Part shown: positions 49,202-57,347 of the stretch, piece after piece
Layout of the letters: each line of letters starts with the position of its first letter
Position numbering within the stretch: the stretch's first letter is position 1
Sequence record: SRR20825019_1390
Reading direction: 5' to 3' (one strand)
Length of the DNA: 57,347 bases
Translations under genes and position numbers: made by a program
Notes under the pieces: model-generated
The model's input: only the letters and a program-made list of their open reading frames with translations
Database searches by the model: none
What the model was told of the DNA's origin: nothing

Positions 49202-49845
49202 TGCTGGCGGGTCAACGACGCCAGTTCATTTTGCAGCGGATCCAGCAACCGGGCCCTGACGGTAGGATGCACTCGCGATTCCGGGTAGCAAATGACCAAT
49301 CGAATGTGGGATATGTGTTCGTCCTTCGGGAAAACAATATTCTCAACGTACTGGCCTGATTGGCTGGCTTTCATCAGGTTGCGCTCAGGCTTTTGATCGA
49401 ACCCAAGCCGGTCGCCCTCTGAGAAAAAATTAAGGCACCTGGAAACGTTGGCTGGCACCTTGCGGGGGTTGAATCCCCATTGGGCCGGCAACGTTCGGCC
49501 CAGGCCGCCTGCCGCAATGGTCACAACCAGGTCGACTGTGATGTTACGCCGGGCGAGTTCACGTGCCACCTTGATCGCCTCGAAACCGCCCTGACTATAG
49601 CCGACGATGGCTATCCTGCGGTTGGCGCCAGCTGCTTCGCTTAAATCGTCCGCGATGGCTTTCGTGGGATGCAAATGGCTGTACATCGTTGTGTCGTGGT
49701 AACCGGACTCCCTCATCATGCGAAGCAGGTGTTTCCGCATAAGGTCATGGCCCATAAGGCCGTGAATCGCCGCCACCTTTGGCCCATTGAAACCAGGTTC
49801 AACTGCCGGGTAGTCCGGTGCCTGGGGAAAAGGAATGCGTATCAT
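49165..49845 (-). CDS. Alpha/beta-hydrolase-fold protein
   Basis: IHGLMG and GYSQGG nucleophile elbow. Confidence 0.7.
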   Translation of the reverse strand: MIRIPFPQAPDYPAVEPGFNGPKVAAIHGLMGHDLMRKHLLRMMRESGYHDTTMYSHLHPTKAIADDLSEAAGANRRIAIVGYSQGGFEAIKVARELARRNITVDLVVTIAAGGLGRTLPAQWGFNPRKVPANVSRCLNFFSEGDRLGFDQKPERNLMKASQSGQYVENIVFPKDEHISHIRLVICYPESRVHPTVRARLLDPLQNELASLTRQHHVSGNAERASK

Positions 49846-49860
49846 CGACTGCTTTTCTCT

Positions 49861-50355
49861 CTATTGAGCGGCGCTTTTATCCACCAGCCGAACCGCAACA
49901 CCGACATGTTTCGCTCCGTTTTCAGTGTGGAGGCTGGAGCCGAAAAGGCTTAGCCATTGGCCTGCTTCCAGCAACAGCGTCCCCTGGGCAGAACTGGTGC
50001 CATCACGGGTTGTGTATTCACTGGCATAGGTGAGCTGGAATGAACCAGAGGGCTTTTCCACCGGGCTGATCTCATATCCCATGGACAGCTCCCGCGACGC
50101 AACAAAGTTACTGTGTTCGGTTGTGACTGCTCCCACCCGCAGAACCCTCGAATCATCCAGAAACTCCGGCAACACATCGGCTGGGTCGCCATCAGGTTCG
50201 GTAGCCTGGCATTCACAGTAGCGGATTTCCAGAAGCAAAGGTTGGCTATCGAGATAGTCTGAAGGCGTGGGCTGGCCGGCGAGGGCCAGACCGGGGAGCA
50301 TGAATAAGGCGAACGAAGTGAATACCCTGTGTCTGAGCGATGTCTTCCCTGGCAT
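49861..50355 (-). CDS. Secreted hypothetical protein
   Basis: AGAGGA RBS, signal peptide ending ALA, and a CEC motif. Confidence 0.65.
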   Translation of the reverse strand: MPGKTSLRHRVFTSFALFMLPGLALAGQPTPSDYLDSQPLLLEIRYCECQATEPDGDPADVLPEFLDDSRVLRVGAVTTEHSNFVASRELSMGYEISPVEKPSGSFQLTYASEYTTRDGTSSAQGTLLLEAGQWLSLFGSSLHTENGAKHVGVAVRLVDKSAAQ

Positions 50356-50398
50356 GTTGATTCCTCTCATATTCACGGCGGTGCGTCAAAGTTAGCGC

Positions 50399-51325
50399 TC
50401 ACGCACCCCGCTGGTCAATGACAGGGGCATGCTGAGCCATAAGATCCACGATCCAATCAATGAACACGCGCAATTTGGCGCTGACGTGACGGTTTGGCGG
50501 AAAGGCCACATACATCGGCATGGGGTCCAGTCGCCAGTCATCGAACAGGCGCACAAGCTCGCCACGTGCCAAGTGTTCCCGAGCCATATAGTCCGGAAGC
50601 CAAAGCACGCCAAGGCCGGCCACGCCAGCCGCAAGATAAGCATTGCCATCATCCACCGCGATCACATAGCGGCCATGCACTGTGACGCTTTCCCCGTTGT
50701 GGTGCATCGCGTAGGGAAGTGCTTTGCCGGCGCGAGCCCATGTAAATCCCACGATACGATGTTCCGGAGCAGCCAGTTCCTGTGGATGCGAAGGGACGCC
50801 CGCGCTTTCCAGATAACCGGGCGCCGCATACACACCGAGGCTGAGGTCGCCCACACGACGTGCCATCAATGACAGGTTCGTTAACTCACCACCGCGAACC
50901 ACGCAATCCACGCCATCATCAATCAGGTCCACCATGCGGTCGCTCACACCCATGTCGAGTTGGATGTCGGGGTACCGAGCATGGAATTCGGGCAATGCCG
51001 GCACGACGATCATGCGGGCCAAGGGGCTGGGAATGTCCACCCGGAGACGGCCCCGGGGCAATGCCGAGGCATTAGAAAGGCTGGTGTCGGCATCGTCCAT
51101 ATCGGCCAGAAGCTTTACAACACGCTCGTAGTAGGCGGCGCCGTCGGCGGTAACATTGACTTTGCGTGTGGTTCGGTTGAGCAACCTGACGCGCAGGCGC
51201 GCCTCCAGTTGCTGGACCAGTTGCGTCACGCTGGTCTTGCTCATATGTAGTGTCTCGGCGGCCTTGGTGAAGCTGCCAGTCTCCACTACCCGGGCGAAGG
51301 CCTGCATCGCGTTAAAACGGTCCAT
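50399..51325 (-). CDS. LysR-family regulator (CrgA/DmlR-like)
   Basis: MDRFNAMQAF, GSFTKAAE, LLNRTTR and DLIDDGVDCVVR. Confidence 0.94.
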   Translation of the reverse strand: MDRFNAMQAFARVVETGSFTKAAETLHMSKTSVTQLVQQLEARLRVRLLNRTTRKVNVTADGAAYYERVVKLLADMDDADTSLSNASALPRGRLRVDIPSPLARMIVVPALPEFHARYPDIQLDMGVSDRMVDLIDDGVDCVVRGGELTNLSLMARRVGDLSLGVYAAPGYLESAGVPSHPQELAAPEHRIVGFTWARAGKALPYAMHHNGESVTVHGRYVIAVDDGNAYLAAGVAGLGVLWLPDYMAREHLARGELVRLFDDWRLDPMPMYVAFPPNRHVSAKLRVFIDWIVDLMAQHAPVIDQRGA

Positions 51326-51350
51326 ATCTGTTCCTGGTGCCAGCGAATTA

Positions 51351-51365
51351 TTTGGATTATACAAA
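51351..51365. promoter_or_regulatory. LysR recognition box
   Basis: TTTG-N7-CAAA dyad (T-N11-A) between the divergent LysR and RidA genes. Confidence 0.55.
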
Positions 51366-51465
51366 CAGTGATGAACAGGATTCACCGTTTATCCGCCAGT
51401 CAGGGACTTATAAAGTTTCCTCCACGCCCATATCGGGTCGGCCTTACTCACTGAAGGAGAGTCCC

Positions 51466-51858
51466 ATGGCAAAGCGTGACGTTGTTTTTCCAACCGGCCG
51501 TCAGGCGCTTTATGAGCGCAACCGTTATTCACCGGCCATTCGTTCCAATGGCTTGTTGTTCGTATCTGGGCAGGTTGGAAGCCGAGAAGATGGCTCCCCT
51601 GAACCGGATCTGGAAAATCAGGTACGGCTTGCCTTCGACAACCTGAATGCGATCCTCGCGGCCGCAGATTGCACTTTCGATGATGTCATTGATGTGACGG
51701 TGTTCATCGTCGATCCCGAATCGAAATTCGAGAGGATCTGGGACGTAGTGCCTGACTACTGGGGAAGCGCACCGCACCCGACATTGACGGCTGTCGGGGT
51801 GACGTGGCTTTACGGCTTCGATTTCGAAATCAAAGTGATCGCAAAGTTACCGGATTAG
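51466..51858 (+). CDS. RidA/YjgF family protein
   Basis: YSPAIRS, FVSGQVG and FEIKVIA; AAGGAG RBS. Confidence 0.92.
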   Translation: MAKRDVVFPTGRQALYERNRYSPAIRSNGLLFVSGQVGSREDGSPEPDLENQVRLAFDNLNAILAAADCTFDDVIDVTVFIVDPESKFERIWDVVPDYWGSAPHPTLTAVGVTWLYGFDFEIKVIAKLPD

Positions 51859-52214
51859 CCAGCGGGCTCAGACCAAACGGCATATTCATTGCCATTGGGG
51901 TCCGAGAAATGAAAACGGCGACCGCCCGGAAATGAAAAAATGTCCTGCACGATGGCACCGCCCGAGGATGTCACTTTGTCGAGGGTGGCTTCAAGGTCCG
52001 TGCTGTAGAGGACAACCAGGGCACTACCGTTGCTGGTGGTGGCGACCTTATCCGATTTGAAGAAGCCACCGTCCAGCCCGGCGTTCTCAATAGCAACGTA
52101 TTCCGGCCCGTAGTCTACAAACGACCAGCCAAACGCGCTGGCAAAGAACCGTTTCGTGACGTCAAGATCCCGTGAAGGGAGTTCAACATAGTTGATCTTT
52201 CCGGTTTCTCTCAT
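51855..52214 (-). CDS. VOC/glyoxalase family protein
   Basis: INYVELP and FPGGRRFHFSDPNGNE. Confidence 0.9.
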   Translation of the reverse strand: MRETGKINYVELPSRDLDVTKRFFASAFGWSFVDYGPEYVAIENAGLDGGFFKSDKVATTSNGSALVVLYSTDLEATLDKVTSSGGAIVQDIFSFPGGRRFHFSDPNGNEYAVWSEPAG

Positions 52215-52218
52215 GTCC

Positions 52219-52419
52219 CTAATCTCCCTCGACGACGGCTTCCCGTTCCCTCTCGTACTCATCGTACGATTTGTTGGAGCGCGCCATACACTCTTCGTAC
52301 TGAGCCGGCGGAACCGTATTACATTCCTGTCGGTTGTTGTGCTGGATGTTGTCGTAAACGGCCTTGTTGCTGCATCCAGCTACCGAAAAAATGAAACACG
52401 TCATCAAAACTCTGTGCAT
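52219..52419 (-). CDS. Small lipoprotein
   Basis: VAGC lipobox and two further Cys; its 3' end supplies the RBS of the next gene. Confidence 0.75.
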   Translation of the reverse strand: MHRVLMTCFIFSVAGCSNKAVYDNIQHNNRQECNTVPPAQYEECMARSNKSYDEYEREREAVVEGD

Positions 52420-52463
52420 GATTTTACCGTCCCTAGAAGGCAGCTTTGGCGCAGCTACCATTT

Positions 52464-52841
52464 TCAGTTGGCGGAAGGCAGGTTGCCTCCCAGCATGTTC
52501 TCAACCACCGCTGCATTGTAGAAGGCTTCAACGGTCTGGATCTTATCGTTGCGCACGCGGAACCAGACGGCCAGCCGCACATCCCCAATCGGTTCAAAGT
52601 GGGTCTGGTAATCCAGAATCGCGAATACGTGCTCCCCGTCGGCACTGAGCTGCCGGAGGACGAGGTCTTTCTGGATGGCGGCCATACCGAACTGGTAGGA
52701 CAGCATGTCATCCGGACTGAGGAAATGCATGTTCGGCCCCACATATTCAAACCCGTCGGCAACCAGCCACGCTTTTGCCTCATCAAAGCGATGAGCACGG
52801 GTATCGGCGATGAACTGCTCCACGACGTCTTTTGGCTGCAT
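52464..52841 (-). CDS. SnoaL/NTF2-like protein
   Basis: DVVEQFI, ADGEHV and FRVRNDKI; GGAG RBS. Confidence 0.8.
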   Translation of the reverse strand: MQPKDVVEQFIADTRAHRFDEAKAWLVADGFEYVGPNMHFLSPDDMLSYQFGMAAIQKDLVLRQLSADGEHVFAILDYQTHFEPIGDVRLAVWFRVRNDKIQTVEAFYNAAVVENMLGGNLPSAN

Positions 52842-52958
52842 GTACAGACTCCATTCCAAGACAGGACGATTTAAGTGCCTGGATCTGCGTAGATTGCATT
52901 GTTCTGCCACCCAGATCAAAGCATAGCGATTATTGTTATCGTCGTGGAGTCTTAAACC

Positions 52959-53555
52959 TTATTTAATCCCTGGCATCCCGATGTATCCAGGCAGCGATTT
53001 TATACGGTCGATCCAGGCCTGGATGGCTGGGTATCGCTCGAGTGTTACGCCACCTTCCCAGCCCGTTGCGACGTAAGGAAACACGGCACAGTCGGCAATG
53101 GTGGGCCGGCCCAGTGCCAGCCATGGATGTTCGCTGAGATGTTTCTCGATCAACGGAAGAACTTTAGCACTGACGTCCAGTGCGCGCGCATTGTCCAGCG
53201 GGTACCCGAACTTGTCGATCAAACGGGCGGCGTTCGGGCCAGCGTGAATCTCGTTGGCGGCGGTCGACAGCCACTGCATGACCTCGCCCTGCTGTGCTGC
53301 GCCGTCTGGCCACCATTGGTTGCCGCCGTATTGGCGAGCCAGATACACCAGAATCGCCTGGGAGTCGCGCAGAACAACGCCATCGTCGGCCAATACCGGC
53401 ACCTGGCCCCAAGGGTTGAGTGCGATAAACGGTGATTGTTTGTGATCGCCACCCGGGAGATCCACCGGCTCCAGTTCGAGATTGATGCCCGCCAACGCAG
53501 CATACAGACGGACTTTGTAGCAGTTACCGGACAATTCCAGATCGTATAGTTTCAT
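52959..53555 (-). CDS. Glutathione S-transferase
   Basis: SGNCYKVRL, LNPWGQVPVL, DSQAILVYLA and TIADCA. Confidence 0.94.
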   Translation of the reverse strand: MKLYDLELSGNCYKVRLYAALAGINLELEPVDLPGGDHKQSPFIALNPWGQVPVLADDGVVLRDSQAILVYLARQYGGNQWWPDGAAQQGEVMQWLSTAANEIHAGPNAARLIDKFGYPLDNARALDVSAKVLPLIEKHLSEHPWLALGRPTIADCAVFPYVATGWEGGVTLERYPAIQAWIDRIKSLPGYIGMPGIK

Positions 53556-53574
53556 GGCATGTGCTTCCTGAGCG

Positions 53575-54021
53575 TTAATGGTTGTTGCTGGTGGGTGTGC
53601 TGGCGGGCCCTGATTCAGGCAATAACTGATTGAACTCCAGTACGTTCCTGTCGGGATCACGAATAAACAGCGTGATCCGGCGCGGGCCGAGACGGTGGAT
53701 GCCTTCGGTAATGGCAATGCCTGCCTGATCAAGCCAGTCTTTCAGTGCATAAAGATCGTCGACCACAAAGGCGGGATGGGTCACACCGGGTAGCTTGACC
53801 GGCTCATCCAGCAACACGTTCCGGGCGTGGGGTAATCGCGTGGCGTTGAAGATCAGGTTGATGCGCACGCCGTCTGGCGTTTCCATTTCATTGGCTTCGT
53901 ACTTGTCGAAGCGGCGTACCTCCTGAAACCCGAGTTGTTCATAGAAGGCCACGGCCTGTTGACGGTCGCTGACCCGGATACCGACGTGATCGTACTGACG
54001 AATCGGCTGAGGTTGTTTCAT
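53575..54021 (-). CDS. VOC/glyoxalase family protein
   Basis: DHVGIRV, THPAFVV and FIRDPDRNVLE. Confidence 0.9.
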   Translation of the reverse strand: MKQPQPIRQYDHVGIRVSDRQQAVAFYEQLGFQEVRRFDKYEANEMETPDGVRINLIFNATRLPHARNVLLDEPVKLPGVTHPAFVVDDLYALKDWLDQAGIAITEGIHRLGPRRITLFIRDPDRNVLEFNQLLPESGPASTPTSNNH

Positions 54022-54153
54022 GACAGACTCCGAATGAATGACGTTGTGCCATCAGTAGACGCCTTCACGCGGATTCAATAAATGCCGTCCACCTGTTAGG
54101 ATTATTCAGGTTTTTGCACAAATCCCTGCCACACGCTGCGACGGTGCCCGCCG

Positions 54154-55056
54154 ATGGACAAACTCAAAGCCATGAGTACCTTTGTCGCCATTGTGGATCA
54201 GGGCAGCCTCTCCGCAGCCGCTGACAAGCTGGACCGATCCCCGGCCGCTGTCGTGCGAACCCTCGCCAGTCTGGAGCAGCACCTTGGTGTTCGCTTGCTC
54301 AATCGCAGCACCCGCCGTATCGCGCTTACTGATGAGGGGCGCGAATACCTCGATCACTGCCGCCGTATTTTGGCGGACATCCAGACCGCAGAGTTCCAAC
54401 TGGACAGCCGGCGCGCCGACCCCGCTGGCAAGCTGACGATCACTGCGCCTGTAACGTTTGGCCGTCTGCACATCGCACCATTACTGAACCAATGGCTGAA
54501 ACAGAACCCCGCCATGAGCGCGGAACTGATCCTGCTCGACCGCATCGTCGATGTGATAGAGGAAGGTTTTGATCTGGCCCTGCGAATTGGTCACCTGGCT
54601 GACAGCTCACTGGTGGCGCGACAGGTCGGCAGTACGCCCTATGTACTCTGTGCGAGCCCTGAGCTCATCGAACAACGAGGACAGCCCAGCCATCCCGAAC
54701 AGCTATCAGACTGGCCAACTGTTGGGTTCACGCCTGCCGGCGAGGTGTGGCAATTTCAGGCAGAGGGAGAGCTGTGGGAGCAGCGCATTCATCCCGTAGT
54801 CAGCGCCAACCAGATTGACACCGAACTCGCCGCCGCCCGGGATGGCTTGGGCATTTGCCGGGTCCTGGGCTATCAGGCGCAGGAGGATTTTGAGCGCGGC
54901 ACCCTGGTACCGGTGTTGGCGGAATACAATGCCCCGGCGTTGCCGGTGCAGTTCGTGTTTCCGCACAGCCGTTTGCTGTCACCGCGAGTGCGGCAATTTC
55001 TGGATGCGGTGGTGGGGCCGTTGCAGGAACGGTTGAGTCGGATGTCTGGCAACTAA
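54154..55056 (+). CDS. LysR-family regulator, divergent from VOC-GST
   Basis: GSLSAAA, LLNRSTR and EEGFDLALRIG. Confidence 0.94.
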   Translation: MDKLKAMSTFVAIVDQGSLSAAADKLDRSPAAVVRTLASLEQHLGVRLLNRSTRRIALTDEGREYLDHCRRILADIQTAEFQLDSRRADPAGKLTITAPVTFGRLHIAPLLNQWLKQNPAMSAELILLDRIVDVIEEGFDLALRIGHLADSSLVARQVGSTPYVLCASPELIEQRGQPSHPEQLSDWPTVGFTPAGEVWQFQAEGELWEQRIHPVVSANQIDTELAAARDGLGICRVLGYQAQEDFERGTLVPVLAEYNAPALPVQFVFPHSRLLSPRVRQFLDAVVGPLQERLSRMSGN

Positions 55057-55096
55057 CGGAGATACCAGGATCTTCCTTGGCTCAAAGGTAGGCGGG

Positions 55097-55339
55097 CTAG
55101 GGGGTGCAAGCACCAGCCTTGACCACACGTTGCGTTGACGCTGGATATTTACCCAGCAGTGATGCCGGGCGAATGGGGCGGGGCGAAAAATTACCACTGC
55201 AGTTGGGACACTGATTAGCTAAAACGCCAGATGCGCAGGATTTGCAGAATGTGCATTCAAATGTGCAAATGACAGCCTCAAGGGAGTCCGGCGGTAAATC
55301 CTTGTCACAGCACTCGCAGTTGGGTCTCACTTCGAGCAT
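55097..55339 (-). CDS. DUF1272 family Cys-rich protein (gene cassette)
   Basis: MLEVRPNCECCDKDLPP, ICTFECTFC and CPNC; begins 18 nt after an attC. Confidence 0.92.
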   Translation of the reverse strand: MLEVRPNCECCDKDLPPDSLEAVICTFECTFCKSCASGVLANQCPNCSGNFSPRPIRPASLLGKYPASTQRVVKAGACTP

Positions 55340-55357
55340 AAGATTCTCCGTGCTGGT

Positions 55358-55439
55358 TCGTAACGACTTGCTCAGCGGTGCGCTTTAGCGCGTCCGGTGG
55401 AGGCCGACGGCCGGAACGTACTTGATTTATTGGTTAACT
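55358..55439 (-). mobile_element. attC site (82 bp)
   Basis: Minus strand AGTTAAC-CAATA-AATCAAG...CTGAGC-AAGTC-GTTACGA; the upstream gene's stop lies inside TAAC. Confidence 0.85.
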
Positions 55440-55892
55440 GGCGCTGCCACCAAAGCAAGACTTCAGCACCCGATGGCGATGCATGAAGATGAAGCGGTAA
55501 ACAGGTGCCAGAACATATGCCAGCATCGGCAACCTGCACTGGAACTCGACGACATCAGTGATCTGCGACGACGCGTCGTTTGTCTTGATCTCTCGGCGAT
55601 GGTGCCACACCTTGTTGGTTATAGAGCTCGACGACTCCGCAAAACCCCGTTGGCGGTCAATGGATTGAAAAAGGAACGTGTGCCGATCAATGGGAAGGAT
55701 GCCGAAAAGGAGTATCCAGCTTGAGAAGAGCACGTTACCCGTAGGCCATTCAAAGATCGGCTTACTTGACCATTCTGAGGGTGCCGTCATTCGGATGAGA
55801 GGGCTCAACTCCCTATTCACGCCCTTCATGGTGAGCAGCCCGTCGACATCTTCGGGACTGATTTTAAGATTGCTCGATACTTCAAATTTCAC
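55434..55892 (-). CDS. SRPBCC-like hypothetical protein (gene cassette)
   Basis: Flanked by two attC sites; VNRELSP, WHHRREI, ITDVVEF and IFMHRHRVL. Confidence 0.8.
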   Translation of the reverse strand: MKFEVSSNLKISPEDVDGLLTMKGVNRELSPLIRMTAPSEWSSKPIFEWPTGNVLFSSWILLFGILPIDRHTFLFQSIDRQRGFAESSSSITNKVWHHRREIKTNDASSQITDVVEFQCRLPMLAYVLAPVYRFIFMHRHRVLKSCFGGSAS

Positions 55893-55908
55893 TGATGTCT
55901 TCCGTGAC

Positions 55909-55985
55909 AGTTAACGCCGGGCTTTGCGGCGGTTTTGGAGGAGCGAAGCGACGGAAAACCGTCCGACAACAGCGCCTTGTTAGAG
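55909..55985 (-). mobile_element. attC site (77 bp, well preserved)
   Basis: Minus strand CTCTAAC-AAGGC-GCT[G]TTG-TCGG[A]CGGTTTT...AAAACCGCCG-CAAAGC-CCGGC-GTTAACT shows R and L boxes, 5-nt spacers and extrahelical bases. Confidence 0.92.
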
Positions 55986-56042
55986 GAACTCTCCTGGGGT
56001 TTTGAAAAATTGGTGTTTCCAACCTACTTCGATGTATTTCAT
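55980..56042 (-). pseudogene. 20-codon ORF ending in the attC R'' box; probable truncated cassette gene
   Basis: MKYIEVGWKHQFFKTPGEFL*, preceded by the attC-end-like CTGATTTGGCGTCAGAA. Confidence 0.45.
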
Positions 56043-56096
56043 GGTTTCTGACGCCAAATCAGGTCGAACCGAGACGCAAAAGTCCAAACAGTTCTT

Positions 56097-56570
56097 TCAA
56101 TCTGGGCTGACCAGGGTCCACCCATCCTCTGTGTATTTGAAACTCACCTTTTCACTGAACAGCTTTGTATCGCCTTTAGCGAATCCAGTGATTGTGCTAT
56201 TTTCCGGGTTTACTTCTCCCAGCTTTCTCAACGGACCCGCCCTTTCTTTGAAGAGGTCCAATCTCAAACGCAACTTATCATGCTCACTTAAACCCTGGGA
56301 GTCTCTCTCAAGTTCTTGCTCATGAATCCGTTCAAAGTCCGAATAACTGATATCGGCCACCAACTGGTATTCAACGTCAGCTGTATAGGTGACTTCATCT
56401 TTCCGAATCCCATTGAGTATTTTGATCCCGAAGATGCTAGAGACTTCAGAAAGTGGAGTTGATTCATGCCTGTTCACAAGAAAATTTTCTACTTCAGGGT
56501 CTGCAGGCGGATTACTGCAACCTGACAAGAACAACAGAGCAACAAACCCAGCGACAACATGTAATTTCAT
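56097..56570 (-). CDS. Hypothetical lipoprotein (cassette-like, AT-richer)
   Basis: AGAGGA RBS and LSGC lipobox; lies within the attC array. Confidence 0.8.
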   Translation of the reverse strand: MKLHVVAGFVALLFLSGCSNPPADPEVENFLVNRHESTPLSEVSSIFGIKILNGIRKDEVTYTADVEYQLVADISYSDFERIHEQELERDSQGLSEHDKLRLRLDLFKERAGPLRKLGEVNPENSTITGFAKGDTKLFSEKVSFKYTEDGWTLVSPD

Positions 56571-56662
56571 ATATCCTCTGCGACTATCCCTAATGAGATT
56601 TATCTTTTCCAATAGATCTGCGTATTGCCCATCCGTGATTGGACGAATTCTAACGGTAAATT

Positions 56663-57022
56663 TTAATGTTCGATGGGTTCCATCTCACAGCCCGCTTCAT
56701 TCATGACATTACCCAGTACAGCGCCACCTCCACTTCGATAGGCATCCGCTGCCCTTTTTCGTAAACTTTCTCCGTACCGACATATGAGAAGCATGTCGCC
56801 AGGCATCTGTTCCTCGTAAAGGCACTCATTGCCAGCCACGCTAACTATCTCTCTTTTCATCATCCCTCCGGTGAAGGGGTGCTCAAACTGCATGATGTAT
56901 GGCTCACACGCTTCTAGGTGCTCCGCCAATTCAGTAATGTCCTCCGCTTGCGCTCCACCCGATAAAAGGGTCGCGACAATACAGATGGCCGGAACTGCGC
57001 TTTCCTTAACAGATCCTTTCAT
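56663..57022 (-). CDS. Secreted Cys-containing hypothetical protein (cassette-like)
   Basis: Signal peptide ending AQA, four Cys in the mature part, and an HPFTG motif. Confidence 0.75.
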   Translation of the reverse strand: MKGSVKESAVPAICIVATLLSGGAQAEDITELAEHLEACEPYIMQFEHPFTGGMMKREIVSVAGNECLYEEQMPGDMLLICRYGESLRKRAADAYRSGGGAVLGNVMNEAGCEMEPIEH

Positions 57023-57209
57023 AACACGAATACCACTCAACCTGTTGTCAAACTCTGTGTAGCTGCAACTTTTGATTTCTGAATGTTTGAGTTTCAGCTC
57101 GAAACCGGAGAGTTTTGCGAAGATCTACGCGGAGAAGGACCAGACTTTGCCAATATCTGGCCACCAAGCCTCAACTCTCGCCCCCATAATCTGCTCCCAG
57201 GCCTTACTA

Positions 57210-57293
57210 TTTTAACGCAGCCAGCACGCGCGGCTTTGTAGTGGAGGCGAAGCCGCAGCGAAAAAGGCGTCGCCGTGCCTGGCTTTGTATGGA
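57210..57293 (-). mobile_element. attC site with damaged R'' box
   Basis: Minus strand TCCATAC-AAA-GCCAG[G]CACG...CGTGCTGGC-TGC-GTTAAAA; R'' reads TAC instead of TAAC. Confidence 0.8.
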
Positions 57294-57320
57294 TAATTTC
57301 TGTCGTGTTTGGGTAAGTTG

Positions 57321-57347
57321 AGGCCCACCCCCAGTGGCCGCTGGGGG
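57321..57347. repeat. GC-rich hairpin, possibly the start of a REP-like repeat at the window edge
   Basis: CCCCCAG-TGGCCG-CTGGGGG preceded by AGGCCCA; truncated by the window. Confidence 0.4.

Noticed and set aside
50380-50407. GCTAAC-containing hairpin at the LysR 3' end as an attC
   Set aside because: It has only a 7-bp stem (GGTGCGT/ACGCACC), no GTT core, and is too short.
55051-55094. Possible attC remnant after DUF1272 (GCCTAC...CGTTAGTT on the minus strand)
   Set aside because: The arms pair poorly, the left box does not complement the cassette's GTTACGA core, and GTTAG coincides with the LysR stop codon.
57125-57127. Programmed TAG read-through (pyrrolysine) extending the 56663 ORF
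   Set aside because: No pyl genes are seen, and the downstream ATG at 57022 begins a proper signal peptide.
55358-57293. Palindromic repeats as a CRISPR array or terminators
   Set aside because: The repeats are non-identical, separated by whole genes and lack U-tracts; they have attC R/L box structure. No cas genes are present.
1-57347. Integrase, transposase, tRNA or rRNA genes
   Set aside because: No tyrosine-recombinase, DDE or HUH motifs appear in any ORF, and no RNA-gene signatures were seen.

Overview
This is a GC-rich gammaproteobacterial chromosomal segment, most likely Marinobacter (inferred from gene order and repeat style). From left to right it holds: (1) a co-directional folE-folX-yccU-HD-GYP-CHASE/GGDEF/EAL run and further c-di-GMP and lipid-hydrolase genes; (2) zur-znuC-znuB with a Zur box; (3) the complete Pil-Chp chemosensory operon (pilGHIJK-chpABC), divergent from gshB-tonB-yqgE-yqgF-pyrR-pyrB-pyrC'; (4) a TRAP/TPAT-like transporter split by hupA; (5) an AraC regulator divergent from an OqxAB/MexEF-type RND pump whose promoter has a perfect SoxR box plus phased direct repeats; (6) nfsA, a PEP-CTERM gene with a sigma-54 promoter and enhancer, a CARB-like class A beta-lactamase abutting tag, and small detoxification and LysR modules. 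The last ~2.3 kb is an eroding integron gene-cassette array: three recognisable attC sites plus remnants, with no integrase in the window. No rRNA, tRNA or CRISPR array was seen. All family calls come from motif recognition, not database searches.
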